Source: Acidobacteriota bacterium
Lineage (GTDB): Bacteria > Acidobacteriota > UBA6911 > RPQK01 > JAJDTT01
Reading direction: 5' to 3'
Length of the DNA: 64,000 bases
Assembly (NCBI GenBank): GCA_965263035.1
Contig: OZ253580.1
Span: forward strand, 1,760,001-1,824,000
Below, piece after piece: positions 1 through 10,697 of the stretch. The notes under the pieces are model-generated. The model saw only the letters and a list, made by a program, of their open reading frames with translations, did no database searches and was not told the origin of the DNA. The position numbers and the translations under genes are program-made. The first letter of the stretch is position 1. Each line of letters opens with the position of its first letter.

Positions 1-200
1 GCCCGACGTGAACTTTCGAGTGGATCGCGAGCGGGGCCGGGTCGTCTGGACCGTCGACGGAGAGGACTAAACCAAGCAATTTTACCCGCCCAACCTGAGA
101 AACCTGGAGTTCACTTTCCACAGCCTCATTGCCGAGATGGACTACGCCGGCGTGGACGTGACGCTCCTGCGCACCGACCCCATGTTGATCCGGGAAAGCA
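1..200 (+). pseudogene. Degenerate internal fragment of an amidohydrolase gene, paralogous to 20305..21576
   Basis: Aligns by eye, nearly base for base, with 20661..20860 (gcccgacgtgaactttcgagtggatc...). It carries an in-frame TAA at 68-70 where the intact copy has TTC. Confidence 0.85.
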
Positions 201-450
201 GCCCTAATGTGCGCAGCCCGTGAGCCATCATCAAACCGACGTAACCACCGTCGACAATCACCGCCCGGCGCAGTTGTAGGCGCTCGACCTGTTGCCGAAT
301 CTGGAGTCCACGTTCCAAGCGGCTGACCGTCCAGACACCGGCTAATTCGCAACCTTCGATATTGGGCTGGATCGGTATGTAACCAGTGGCCAGCACTAGT
401 TGATCGTAGGAGAGATCGAAACTGTCGTTGCCGTAGACAGGCTGGCGGCG
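200..450 (-). pseudogene. Fragment of an FAD-dependent pyridine nucleotide-disulfide oxidoreductase (NADH oxidase/CoA-disulfide reductase-like)
   Basis: Translation has YDQLVLATG and a degenerate NADH-binding motif AVIVDGGYVGL. Both ends are missing. Confidence 0.7.
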
Positions 451-749
451 GAGAGTTTTTTTGCCGGCAGATGATCCATTTTGCCCGCTTTGGTGGAGTG
501 TCACCGGACGGGATTCATTAAAAAATCCTTCCTGAACCCCTGATGATCATCAAGAGCGATGCACAGAATGTCGATTGCTACGATACTGTGCGCAAGAAAT
601 ATGTCTGGTATTTGAAGGCCAACTGGTTTTCAGGGCGTCGAAGCATTGCCCAGGCTGAGACGGGCGATTTCCGGCACTGGCCTTTAACTGAGTGAGTGAC
701 CGGCCACCACCCACCAGTCGGGAATAATCGGACACGACATAAAGATGTC

Positions 750-2102
750 ATGTTGAATAAAAGAATTCTCTACGTTGTATTCGTTTCGTTTGTGGCGGCC
801 CTGGGCGGTTTCCTGTTTGGCTATGACTTGGTGATGATCTCGGGGGCGGTCATATTCCTTAAAGAGGAATATGGCCTCAGCGCTGCGGGATTGGGGTTTA
901 CCACGGCCAGCGCGGTCATCGGTTGTATTGTCGGACCGATAGCGGGAAGCCGGCTGTGTGACCTGCTGGGCCGCAAGCGGACACTGATCACCGCGAATAT
1001 CCTGTTCGGGATCAGCGCCATTGGCACAGCGTTGCCTGAGACCATCGATCAATTCAATTTTTTTCGCGTCATCGGCGGAATCGGGTGTGGTCTTGCCAGC
1101 GTAGCCTCGCCCATGTACCTGGCTGAGATTGCTCCCGCACACCAACGGGGCCGACTGGTGATGATCTACCAACTGGCCATTGTCGTCGGGGCCTTTTCCG
1201 CCACTCTGGTGGCCTATTACCTTGCCTTTTTCGAGGCTTGGCGCTGGATGTTCGCTTCCGAGCTGGTTCCCATCCTGGCCTTTGGAGTCCTGTTGACCCT
1301 GATACCGCGGTCACCGAGGTGGCTGGCCCAGCAAAACCGCTACCAGGAAGCTCGAAGAGTCCTGGCTCGAATCAACGGGCGGGAAAAAGCGGAGGGACTA
1401 CTCCAGGAGATTCAGGAATCGCTGGCCGAGGAGACCGGCACCCTTTCCGAATTGCTGAAGCCCGGAATCCGAACCGCCTTTGCCGTAGCCGTGCTGCTGG
1501 CCGTTTTCAGTCAATGTACCGGTTGGAGTTTCATCGCTTCCTACCTGCCTATCCTGCTTCAGAAAGCTGGATTTGAAGAAGCCAGCGACGCCATCTTCCA
1601 ATACGCGATGGTTAACGGAATCAATATCGGATTGACTCTCGTCTCCATGTGGCTGGTGGATCGCGTCGGCCGTCGGCCTATCTGGTTGGTGACGTCGTTG
1701 GGGATGATTTTCGGGGTCACGCTGCTCGGCGCGGTCTTTCACTTTGATCTCACCGGGTTTGTCGTGGTTGGGGCGGTGTTGATGTGCGCCTGGCCTCATG
1801 TCGTTGGTCTCGGCCCGTTGCCTTGGGTCATGATGTCGGAGGTCCTGCCCACCCGGGTGCGGGCTCGCGCTGTCAGCATTGCGACCATGTGCCTATGGAT
1901 AGCCAACTATTCGGGTGTTCACGCCTTTCCGGTTCTCCTCGAGTTGTCGGAGGAGCGCTTCGGCTCTCCAGCAGCAGTTTTCTGGATCTTCACGTTGACT
2001 TGTGCCTTGGCCTTTATCTTCGGCTGGAAATTGGTGCCCGAGACCAAAGGCAAGAGCCTGGAGAAAATCGCGCAGGACTGGCGGCATTCCGGGCATCGTT
2101 GA
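750..2102 (+). CDS. Sugar porter family MFS transporter
   Basis: Motifs GGFLFGYD, DLLGRK, PMYLAEIAP..RG, PRSPRWL, DRVGRR, PETKGKSLE; many hydrophobic segments. Confidence 0.95.
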   Translation: MLNKRILYVVFVSFVAALGGFLFGYDLVMISGAVIFLKEEYGLSAAGLGFTTASAVIGCIVGPIAGSRLCDLLGRKRTLITANILFGISAIGTALPETIDQFNFFRVIGGIGCGLASVASPMYLAEIAPAHQRGRLVMIYQLAIVVGAFSATLVAYYLAFFEAWRWMFASELVPILAFGVLLTLIPRSPRWLAQQNRYQEARRVLARINGREKAEGLLQEIQESLAEETGTLSELLKPGIRTAFAVAVLLAVFSQCTGWSFIASYLPILLQKAGFEEASDAIFQYAMVNGINIGLTLVSMWLVDRVGRRPIWLVTSLGMIFGVTLLGAVFHFDLTGFVVVGAVLMCAWPHVVGLGPLPWVMMSEVLPTRVRARAVSIATMCLWIANYSGVHAFPVLLELSEERFGSPAAVFWIFTLTCALAFIFGWKLVPETKGKSLEKIAQDWRHSGHR

Positions 2103-2103
2103 G

Positions 2104-2238
2104 CATCCCGCATTTCTCACCAGGTCGCTATGCGTATGATGAAAAAGAATCCGTTCTTGAGCATTTACGCGAATTTTTCCAAGTTTCTCCGGAACCGACT
2201 GCGCTGGGCGCGCGCTCGCTGGTGAGAAATGCGGGATG
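2104..2238. mobile_element. Non-coding IS1380-type MITE/internal deletion derivative
   Basis: Perfect 20-bp inverted repeat catcccgcatttctcaccag (2104-2123) / ctggtgagaaatgcgggatg (2219-2238). The core resembles the IS1380 terminus cctgcatttctcatcag at 30831. Confidence 0.7.
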
Positions 2239-2303
2239 GGACGAACCCGGTAATCGTCACCCCACGATCTTGATAGGACATCGTTTGGGGAGATGATCAT
2301 TCC

Positions 2304-3350
2304 CTACTCAGGGATCGAAATACCCAGCGAGGCTGCCAGATCAACCAACTCGCGCCAGAGCGTATCCGGGATCGGAATTCCCTCTCGTAGCCGGAGGGCC
2401 CTGGCCTGGAGTTCGGGATCGCCGGGGATCAGAACTTCCTCGAAACCTGCGGCCGGAGGGACAGCTTTGATCCGTTTACGGAGCCGGTCGGCCCTCTTCG
2501 CATAATCCGCAGATGGCTGAAACAGGTCGGCCTTGAAAACCATCATGGTCGCGCCGGCATGACTGAAATAGAGACCCCCGCGATTGGCCTGGGCGAATTG
2601 GGCTGATCCAGTGAAGACTCGGCCCAGCCATTCAGCCACCACCGCCAGCGCGTACCCCTTGTGCTCCCCAAAGGGCAATTGTCCCCCTCCTTCCAAAAGA
2701 TCATCCACATTGTTGGTGGGATTCCCCTCTTTATCGACGATCCAACCGTCGGGGACTTCTTGCCTGGTGCGCCGGGCGTTGGCGATTTTGACTCCTGACG
2801 AGGCAGCAGTGGCGAAATCGAACAGCATTCGGGGCTCCCTCCCGGCGGGAAGACTCATGGCCACAGGGTTGGTTCCCAGTACGGCGCCGCGACCTCCGTG
2901 AGGCACCACGGTTGGCCTTTTTTCGGCAAATCCACCCGCCCAAACCATCGAAATCATTCCTTCAGCGGCTGCCGTTTCCGCATACTCCCCCAGACGGCCG
3001 ATATGGTGACTTTCCACTAAACCGACCACAGACAAGTCGTGCTTTGCCGCCTTGGCAATGGCTTTCTCGATGGCGAATTTCGCCACCACTTGTCCAAAGG
3101 TCCAGTTGCCCCTGACCAACGCACTGGTGCTCGTTTCCCTCACGATCTCAGGCCGGGCAGCCGGAACCAACTCTCCGGCTTGTATGGCAGCGATGTAACC
3201 CGGTAGTTGCCAGATCCCATGCGTGTCGACGCCACTCAGGTTGGCTGAAACCAGATGTTTGGCCACTACGGCGGCGTTGGCCTCATCGGCTTTAACAGCC
3301 ACCAGCATTTCCTTCACCAGTTGCTCGAGTTCGTCAGCGCTCTTTCTCAT
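2304..3350 (-). CDS. Ldh_2 family (malate/L-lactate/ureidoglycolate/sulfolactate dehydrogenase-like) oxidoreductase
   Basis: Motifs GVDTHG, SHHIGRLG, GTNP, FDFAT, HKGYAL and IPGDPE are typical of the YiaK/AllD/ComC family. Confidence 0.92.
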   Translation of the reverse strand: MRKSADELEQLVKEMLVAVKADEANAAVVAKHLVSANLSGVDTHGIWQLPGYIAAIQAGELVPAARPEIVRETSTSALVRGNWTFGQVVAKFAIEKAIAKAAKHDLSVVGLVESHHIGRLGEYAETAAAEGMISMVWAGGFAEKRPTVVPHGGRGAVLGTNPVAMSLPAGREPRMLFDFATAASSGVKIANARRTRQEVPDGWIVDKEGNPTNNVDDLLEGGGQLPFGEHKGYALAVVAEWLGRVFTGSAQFAQANRGGLYFSHAGATMMVFKADLFQPSADYAKRADRLRKRIKAVPPAAGFEEVLIPGDPELQARALRLREGIPIPDTLWRELVDLAASLGISIPE

Positions 3351-3553
3351 TCTTTTGCGTCTCCACGATTAACAACAGTACAATTCCGGGCAGGACCCGG
3401 CCAACCTGAATGCAAGTCGGAACGTGAAAAGAAAACCATTGCTGCACCAGGAGAGCCGCCTGGGTTCAGGCAGGGCAAACCGGCCTCCGGACTTCGCCTT
3501 CCACCAGGGATTGAGGCTTCGGGATACGCTGATACTTGAGGAGAAGGACGGCC

Positions 3554-4336
3554 ATGTTGTTGCAGGATAAAGTCGCTCTGATCACAGGTGCAGCCTCGGG
3601 AATCGGACGGGCAACTGCCCAATTGTTTTCGCGCCAGGGCGCCAAAGTGGTCGTTGCCGATATCGATGGCACCGGAGCCGCAGAGACGGTCAAGAACATA
3701 AGGAGGGGTTCCGGCGAAGCCTTCTCTATCCAGGCAGACGTGGGAAGGATGGACTCGGTGGAGGCGATGGTCGGGTCGGCGCTGGATCGGTATGGCCGCC
3801 TGGACATCGTACACAGCAACGCCGCGGCCTATGTGCTGGGGACGGCTTCAGAGACGAGTGAGGCGGATTGGGACCGCACCCTCGATGTCTGTTTGAAAGC
3901 CACCTGGATGATTGCCCGCTGTGCCCTGCCCCCCATGGTGGCTCGGGGTGGCGGCACTTTCATTATTACGGGATCGGTTCATTCCATCCGAGGCTACTCC
4001 CTCCATGCAGCCTATCAAGCCTCCAAGGGGGGCTTACTGGCTCTCACCCGGTCCTTGGCCGCAGACTATGCGCCCTCAGTTCGGGTGAATGCGATTCTGC
4101 CAGGCGCGGTGGAGACCGGGTTGTGGAAGGGTCTCTCCCAGGCCGATCGTTTGAAGATCAAACAAATGTGTCCCCTGCGCCGGAATGGTCATCCCGAAGA
4201 TATTGCTCAAGCCACTTTGTTTCTGGCATCTGACATGTCAGCGTACATGACAGGCACTTACTTGGTGGTGGACGGCGGTTTGAGTTCGATTATCGAGATG
4301 CCGGAGTGGCTGTGGTCAAGACTCAAATCCCGATGA
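3554..4336 (+). CDS. Short-chain dehydrogenase/reductase
   Basis: TGAASGIG, YQASK catalytic motif, VDGG. Confidence 0.95.
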   Translation: MLLQDKVALITGAASGIGRATAQLFSRQGAKVVVADIDGTGAAETVKNIRRGSGEAFSIQADVGRMDSVEAMVGSALDRYGRLDIVHSNAAAYVLGTASETSEADWDRTLDVCLKATWMIARCALPPMVARGGGTFIITGSVHSIRGYSLHAAYQASKGGLLALTRSLAADYAPSVRVNAILPGAVETGLWKGLSQADRLKIKQMCPLRRNGHPEDIAQATLFLASDMSAYMTGTYLVVDGGLSSIIEMPEWLWSRLKSR

Positions 4337-4429
4337 GGACTCAGGTAAAGCCCGAAGAGCAGCAGCAACCAGCAACACCAGCGATCGGGAGATTTTGGCG
4401 GTATCGGTTCAAGCGCAGGGGCCAAGGCG

Positions 4430-5176
4430 ATGGGTAAGCTTCAGGGAAAAGTTGCTCTAGTCACCGGAGGAGGCACTGGGATAGGAAAGGCAACCTCTCT
4501 CCTGTTTGCCCGGGAGGGAGCAGATGTTGCCGTGAACTTCTCCCGTTCCAGATCCGATGCTGAGGACACGGTGTCTGAAATACGGCAACTCGGCTCGCAA
4601 GCAATCGCTGTCTGTGCAGATATCTCAAACGACGACGCCGTAAGATCGATGGTCGGGAAAGTCGTGAAGACGCTGGGGAGGTTGGATATCCTCGTCAACA
4701 ACGCGGCGATTACAAAGTTCGTCCTCCCAAAAGATCTCGAAGGAATGACCGAAGAGCTCTGGGACAAGATCCTCGATGTGAACGTCAAGGGCACTTTTTT
4801 TTGTTCGCGAGCAGCGATCGCTGCCATGAGAATTCATGACGGCGGGCACATAGTCAATGTGTCCTCCGATTCGGCCTTCACCGGAAGAGGAAGTTCCATT
4901 GCCTATACTGCTTCCAAAGCGGCAATTGTCAATATGACTCTGGCATTGGCTATCAGCCAAGCTCCGGCGATTCACGTTAACGCGGTGGCGCCCGGAGTCG
5001 TGCAAACTCGCTGGATCGATAATATAAAGCCGCTTGCAGACGAGGCTCGGAGGAAAAATCCTCTCCAACGGCTGGCCCACCCAAACGACATCGCCGAAGC
5101 CATTTTGAGTCTGGTGGTTAGCGATTTCATCACGGGCCACACGCTGGTAGTAAACGGCGGAGCCACGCTCGTGTAG
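4430..5176 (+). CDS. Short-chain dehydrogenase/reductase
   Basis: TGGGTGIG, NNAA, YTASK. Confidence 0.95.
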   Translation: MGKLQGKVALVTGGGTGIGKATSLLFAREGADVAVNFSRSRSDAEDTVSEIRQLGSQAIAVCADISNDDAVRSMVGKVVKTLGRLDILVNNAAITKFVLPKDLEGMTEELWDKILDVNVKGTFFCSRAAIAAMRIHDGGHIVNVSSDSAFTGRGSSIAYTASKAAIVNMTLALAISQAPAIHVNAVAPGVVQTRWIDNIKPLADEARRKNPLQRLAHPNDIAEAILSLVVSDFITGHTLVVNGGATLV

Positions 5177-5286
5177 CCACGGCTGGAGTCAGGTGCGCCA
5201 TCAGGATATACCTTAGATGTCCCCAGGAAGTGGTATTCGAAAACCAGCCAAGACGATTTGCACAGCGGTAAGGAGTTTTCCCAATT

Positions 5287-6390
5287 ATGAAATCGAAGGC
5301 GGCAATACTCTTTGAAGTGGGCCAACGGCTCGATATTCGAGAAGTTGACGTGGCAAAACCTCGGGCGGGTGAAGTACTGGTGCGAATGGCAGTCGGCGGC
5401 ATTTGTCACAGTGATCTTCATGTGATGACGGGACACTTGAACGCCCCGACACCGTCGATCCTGGGTCATGAGGGCGCTGGGACCGTGGTCGAAGTCGGCT
5501 CGGGGGTGACCTCCGTCCGACCTGGCGACAACGTCATACCCCTTTGGCGGCTCAGTTGCGGCGAATGCGAATACTGTACTTCGGCTCGACCGGCACTCTG
5601 CGCCGTGGGACTGAAGATCCGGTCTACGGGACGTCTCTTGGACGGTAGCAGCCGCTTTTCCCTCAACGGGTCCGAGATCAAGCACTTTCTGGGAGTGTCG
5701 ACTTTCTCCGAATACACCGTGATTCTGGAAAAAGCGCTGGTGAAGGTTCCAAAAGACATCCCTCTCCAGCAGGCAGCCTTGCTGGGCTGTGCCGTGATTA
5801 CCGGAATCGGAGCGGTGACGAATGCCGCCCGAGTGAAGCCGGGCAGTCAGGTCGCGGTTTTTGGCAGTGGAGGAGTCGGCTTGAACGTGATCCAGGGAGC
5901 CGCTTTGGCGGGCGCCGAAAAGATCATCGCGGTCGACCTTTTGGACAACAAGCTCGAAATGGCGCGACAATTTGGAGCCACGCACACGGTCAATGCGTCA
6001 GCGTGCGATCCGGTCGAACAGGTCCGGTCGTTGACCGAACAGAAAGGAGTGGACTATGCCTTCGAGGTGATCGGGCTTCCCAAAACAGTGCGACAAGCCT
6101 TTGACAGCTTGGCCAAGCGCGGTGAGACCATTGTCCTCGGAGTCACCCCTCTGGAAACCGAAGTGTCGATACCGATCATGCCCCTCATCTTTGAGGAGAA
6201 AGTGATCAAGGGATCGGTCTATGGCTCGAGCCGGCCTCGAATCGACATCCCCAAGTTGATGAATCTCTATCGGGCCGGGAAACTCAAACTCGACGAATTG
6301 GTGACCCGCACCTACTCTTTCGATCAGATCAACGAGGCTTACGCCGCACTCGAGCGGGGCGAAGTGGCTCGAACCGTGGTTCTGATGTGA
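5287..6390 (+). CDS. Zn-dependent alcohol dehydrogenase (class III-like MDR)
   Basis: CHSDLH, GHEGAG, structural Zn motif CGECEYC...C, GSGGVG. Confidence 0.95.
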   Translation: MKSKAAILFEVGQRLDIREVDVAKPRAGEVLVRMAVGGICHSDLHVMTGHLNAPTPSILGHEGAGTVVEVGSGVTSVRPGDNVIPLWRLSCGECEYCTSARPALCAVGLKIRSTGRLLDGSSRFSLNGSEIKHFLGVSTFSEYTVILEKALVKVPKDIPLQQAALLGCAVITGIGAVTNAARVKPGSQVAVFGSGGVGLNVIQGAALAGAEKIIAVDLLDNKLEMARQFGATHTVNASACDPVEQVRSLTEQKGVDYAFEVIGLPKTVRQAFDSLAKRGETIVLGVTPLETEVSIPIMPLIFEEKVIKGSVYGSSRPRIDIPKLMNLYRAGKLKLDELVTRTYSFDQINEAYAALERGEVARTVVLM

Positions 6391-6599
6391 GCTGAACTAG
6401 GAGTCTGCGCGGTAGAAATGATCGTAGCGAGAAAGTGGGGAATCGAGGAAATATGGACCGATTCTACCACTTTCGCAGTAGATCAATTTCTGCTGCGCAG
6501 GCTTCTAGGCTCTTGGATCTTCCGAAAAAGAATTCGTGCACAACCCCCCTCCTGTCCCATGTGCACTCCCCGATCGACACAGCGGGGTGGGTGCGCTAC

Positions 6600-7118
6600 G
6601 GGTCCCGATCTACGATCTGGTGAGCAACTGAGCCTACATGGTGATGGCGGTGCTGGCGTGGAACCTCAAGAGCTGGTTCGCGATGATGATGCACCTCAAG
6701 GCGGACCGCCGGAAGTACGTCGCCATGGAGTTCCGGCGCTTCATCCGCGAGATGATCCTGCTGCCTTGCCAGGTCATCCGCCGGGCCCGGCAGACCACGC
6801 TGCGCATCATCGGCTGGCAGCCGACAACCGGCCGGCTGTTCAGCGCATGGCGCACGATCGAACGGACCGCGTTCCCGAGTGGCTTCGCCTGACGCCCCAC
6901 GTTCCCTTCGCCCCTTCTCGCGGCTGCATCGTGCCTCCCTTGGCACCGCTGTCTCCCGTGGCCAAAATCACTCCGGAACAGCCGAGAAACCAGACCCCGA
7001 AGACCCCGTTCATCCTCTCGCAGACCTGCGAAACGGCCTCCGTGCCGCCTCCAAGTCGATTTTGTGCCAACCCGCAAAACCGAAAACCGCCGCCCGTAGC
7101 CTACTCGCTTATTTTAGG
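6600..7118 (+). pseudogene. IS1380-family transposase C-terminal remnant plus probable right end
   Basis: Reads DLVSN*AYMVMAVLAWNLKSWF...MEFRRF...LPCQVIRRARQ, a typical IS1380 C-terminus with an in-frame stop. The non-coding tail ends in tcgcttattttagg. Confidence 0.7.
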
Positions 7119-7252
7119 TCTGGTCTGCCTGAAGATCCTCCAAATAGACGACAGTACGAAGGAGTTGCATAGCTTGATCTCTGTGGCATCGTCCGTCTCT
7201 TTCACGCCAACGATGTGGTAGACGCGATGAACAACCTGTTGCGAGTTCGCAG

Positions 7253-7489
7253 TTAGCCCGCCCCTTTTGGTTCGGGTGGCGTTCCATGTTCGGAGAGATA
7301 CTGACGCAGCACCTTATTGACCATCGCGGAGTCCAGGAATAATTTTGCTATGTCAGGCTCGAGCAGCACTACGTTGGTCCCCTGCTTGTAGCGTTCGTAG
7401 TACTTGCCCCGGACGCCACCTCGGAGATCGTACTCAGGCCTCATGTCGTCATCGGCCAGTTTCCTATCTCGATTCTTCTTCATAAACAT
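7253..7489 (-). CDS. Small BrnA-like antitoxin-type protein (orphan)
   Basis: MRPEYDL.GGVRGKYY..Y..GTNVVLLEPD.A..F.DS..VN..LR pattern of BrnT-associated antitoxins. No toxin gene lies upstream. Confidence 0.65.
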   Translation of the reverse strand: MFMKKNRDRKLADDDMRPEYDLRGGVRGKYYERYKQGTNVVLLEPDIAKLFLDSAMVNKVLRQYLSEHGTPPEPKGAG

Positions 7490-7540
7490 TCCATTCTATA
7501 TAATCCCCAAAAAGAAGGGGCGGAAACAAAGGGAGACGAC

Positions 7541-9520
7541 ATGGCTGAACTCCACCGACGGGACTTTGTCAAACTGGGTGCGGCCACGGCCGCCGGCGCC
7601 GGCGCACTGGTGAGCTGTTCAAGGGGAGCGAAGGAAAATGCGCCGCCAACAGCTTCCACCTATGAGGCCGACGTGCCGGACACGCTGGATTTGGCGGAGC
7701 GGGCCCGGCTCTCAGTCAATGCCTTGACCGGCGCGGTCGACCTCCAGCAGAACTGCGAGACCTTCCAGTGTCTGCACTTTGACACCAACCCACCTTATTT
7801 CACTCACAACACCGGAGGTCCGTGTCTGCCCAAGGCGATCCATGTTTTGCCGCTGATGCGCAAGATGAGTGGCAGTACGCTCCACGCCGATTATGACAGC
7901 AGGATGGTCGATGCCTTGCTTACGGACATCGACGAGAACGGTCTCTGGTGGCTCCGTTATGCCGGAAGGCCCTCTCGGGAGGGTTTTCCCAATTACGGAG
8001 AAGATGTTTACTGGCCCTTCCCCCATGCTCGGCTCATGGTCGCTTTGATGGCCTGGCACGAGTTTGACAACAACCCGAAGTGGCTCAAGGTCGGGAGGCA
8101 TTTGGCCGAGGGGCTGCAGAAGGTGGCGCAGCAGAACGAGCAACGTGCCTGGTTTACCAACAATAAGCCGACCTTCCTGGCTCGTGCGGCCATGGCGGAG
8201 GAATACGAAGATCTGGTTGCCATGGGTGAAGGGAAAAAGCCGACCGGGAAGGGTGGCTCCGGTCCGGCGGTCGAGGAGCCGGACAAAATCAATTTTCAGG
8301 TCATCGGCAATCCCTTGCGCGCGCTATCCCTATGGGCTGGTGTCAGCGGAGACGAGGAGGCGCTCGAACTGGCCCGGAAAACAGCGCGCTTTATGCTCAA
8401 GCCCACCATGTGGGGATCTTCCGACGGACCGACCATGATTGCGGGGCCGGAGCACGCTCATTGGGAAGGCCACTTCCATACTCGGACCACCGGTGTGATG
8501 GGAATGGTGGACTACGCCATCATTGCCAACGATTACGTGGCCAAGCATTTCGTGCGCCATTTCTATGAATACACCCGGAATGCCGGGATCGGCCGCATTG
8601 GGTTTTTTCCCGCGGTTCTAGGTCCCCTGGAGAAGATCCAACAGAACAACCGGCGGGCCTACGGGGGATCCGCTCAAGTGTGTGAGACCTGCTCGATCGG
8701 AGACATGGTCTATATCGCCTGCCGGCTCAGCCAAGCCGGAATCGGTGATTACTGGGACGATGTCGACCAGTACGTGCGAAATCATCTGGTCGAGAGTCAG
8801 TTGTTGCGTCGCGACCTGATCGAAGAAATCATTGAGACCGCCATCGAGCACACCCTCAACCCTGAGATCGAGTCCGGCGAGCGAGTCATCGAAAGAGGAC
8901 TGGGCGGTTTTGCTTCCGTCTCCGATCCAACCATGCTGCATGCCTGGTGGACGATGTGCTGTAATGCCAACGCCCCTGTGGGGCTCTACGAAGCCTGGAA
9001 TTCGATCGTCCAATACAACCAGGGTCTGGCCCAGGTGAATTTGCTCTTGAACCGGGCTTCGGCCTGGGTCGATATCGATAGTCACCTGCCCTACGAGGGC
9101 AAGGTGGGATTCAAAATCAAGACGGCAAAAAAGCTGAGTGTGCGCATTCCCACTTGGGCTGACAAGAGGGCGGTACGATGCCAGGTCAATCAGAAAAGCA
9201 TCTTGCCGGCATGGTCGGGTAATTATGTTTTGGTTGATCGATTGCAGCCTGGTGATGAAGTGACCCTGACTTTTCCCATGGTGGAGACCACGGAACATCA
9301 CACCGCGCCCACCTATGAGATTCAATACACCTGCCATTTCAAAGGGAATACCTTGGTTGACATTTCGCCGCGGCCGGACACATTCGCCTGGAAACTGATG
9401 GCCTCGGACGATGGCGCCAAGCTTCCTGTCAGGAGAGGGTACCCACTCTATTTGAGGGAGTTCTATAAAGGTGACAAAGCCCCGATGAAGAAGATTTCCC
9501 GCTATGTCCATCGGGTTTAG
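7541..9520 (+). CDS. Tat-exported GH127/GH146-like (beta-L-arabinofuranosidase-like) lipoprotein
   Basis: RRDFVK Tat signal with a lipobox-like Cys; CETCS and CCNAN Cys motifs; LSVRIP.W beta-sandwich. Confidence 0.75.
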   Translation: MAELHRRDFVKLGAATAAGAGALVSCSRGAKENAPPTASTYEADVPDTLDLAERARLSVNALTGAVDLQQNCETFQCLHFDTNPPYFTHNTGGPCLPKAIHVLPLMRKMSGSTLHADYDSRMVDALLTDIDENGLWWLRYAGRPSREGFPNYGEDVYWPFPHARLMVALMAWHEFDNNPKWLKVGRHLAEGLQKVAQQNEQRAWFTNNKPTFLARAAMAEEYEDLVAMGEGKKPTGKGGSGPAVEEPDKINFQVIGNPLRALSLWAGVSGDEEALELARKTARFMLKPTMWGSSDGPTMIAGPEHAHWEGHFHTRTTGVMGMVDYAIIANDYVAKHFVRHFYEYTRNAGIGRIGFFPAVLGPLEKIQQNNRRAYGGSAQVCETCSIGDMVYIACRLSQAGIGDYWDDVDQYVRNHLVESQLLRRDLIEEIIETAIEHTLNPEIESGERVIERGLGGFASVSDPTMLHAWWTMCCNANAPVGLYEAWNSIVQYNQGLAQVNLLLNRASAWVDIDSHLPYEGKVGFKIKTAKKLSVRIPTWADKRAVRCQVNQKSILPAWSGNYVLVDRLQPGDEVTLTFPMVETTEHHTAPTYEIQYTCHFKGNTLVDISPRPDTFAWKLMASDDGAKLPVRRGYPLYLREFYKGDKAPMKKISRYVHRV

Positions 9521-9607
9521 CCGTGCGGACAAAAGTTTCGTCCTTGCCGGTTGCCGGCGCTGCCGAAGGACTTCACTGGTGCGGCAACTAAAATCTTGTA
9601 TCCTAAA

Positions 9608-9765
9608 CAGCCCGTGGCAAAAGTCCTCACGGCATTCGACCGTCCCTGCATCCCGGCGGACTGCGTTGCGACTCGGTCACATACTCCCGGTATGCTCCCT
9701 CATCGCGCCTTGTCCGGCGGGCGCAGGAACGGTCTCGGTGCTCGCGGGACTTTCACCACGGACTG
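9608..9765. mobile_element. 158-bp MITE-like repeat, copy 1
   Basis: Terminal IRs cagcccgtggcaaaagtc / gactttcaccacggactg. A near-identical inverted copy lies at 16896..17053. Confidence 0.85.
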
Positions 9766-9803
9766 TCAAGTGACATGGATTTTCATTTCTGGGGGATTTG
9801 GCG

Positions 9804-10697
9804 ATGACAGATGCAGCAGCCCCGATGCGATTCGGGAACGCAGCCTACGGCTTCCGGGAGTACGGCTTTCCGGAATTTTTCGAGGCTTGTAGCAGGATCG
9901 GCACGCCGGCGGTCGAGATTGACGCTGGATGGTTCAATGAAGGCGAAGCCGAAAACCGGGTTTCGTTGGACGCCACCGCCCAGGAACTCGACCAGGTGAA
10001 GGAATTGGCAACGGCGGCCGGCGTGAAGGTGACCGCGCTGGGAGGTGGGGCCGTGGTCGGCCTCGCAGGCGACGTCGCCGAAGATCGCTCCGCAGAGATC
10101 ATGAAGGCGGTCGACATTGCAGAGGTCCTGGGCGCGCAAGTGATTCGGGTATTCACTGAACACGATTTCACCCACTCCAAACACTACGTCCTGACACCTG
10201 ACCGGGTTACCGACGCGCTTTACGAAACGCTGGCCATTGCCTTCAACAAATTGGGCGATTATTTGAAGGGCAAAGGAATTCGTGTGGGAATCGAAAACCA
10301 TGGCGGCACCTCGGCCACCGGCGCCGGCCTCAAGAAGCTCTTGGACATGGTGCCTCACCAAGAAATAGGGGTGACCTACGACCCCGCCAACTATGCCTTT
10401 GGGGGAGAAGATCCTTTCCAGGCGTTGTTGGCGGTGCAGGATCGAGTCGTCTATACGCACTGGAAAGACGTCGCCCAAGCGCCTGACAAACCCAGGGGCG
10501 TTGAATACCGAGCCTTCGGAGAGGGTGAGATCGACTGGTCTCCCATCATACGCACGCTCTTGGACTCGTTTGACGGAATCTGGGCCATTGAGTACGAGCG
10601 CAAGGAGGCCAGTACGCTGGAGAATCTTGCCGAAGGCACGCGAAGATCGAAGCAGAATCTTGCAACGATCATCGAGCAGGTCAGGAACGCTTCATGA
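9804..10697 (+). CDS. Sugar phosphate isomerase/epimerase (xylose isomerase-like TIM barrel)
   Basis: IENHGG, YDPAN, HWKD, GEGEIDW and IEYE metal-binding motifs. Confidence 0.9.
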   Translation: MTDAAAPMRFGNAAYGFREYGFPEFFEACSRIGTPAVEIDAGWFNEGEAENRVSLDATAQELDQVKELATAAGVKVTALGGGAVVGLAGDVAEDRSAEIMKAVDIAEVLGAQVIRVFTEHDFTHSKHYVLTPDRVTDALYETLAIAFNKLGDYLKGKGIRVGIENHGGTSATGAGLKKLLDMVPHQEIGVTYDPANYAFGGEDPFQALLAVQDRVVYTHWKDVAQAPDKPRGVEYRAFGEGEIDWSPIIRTLLDSFDGIWAIEYERKEASTLENLAEGTRRSKQNLATIIEQVRNAS

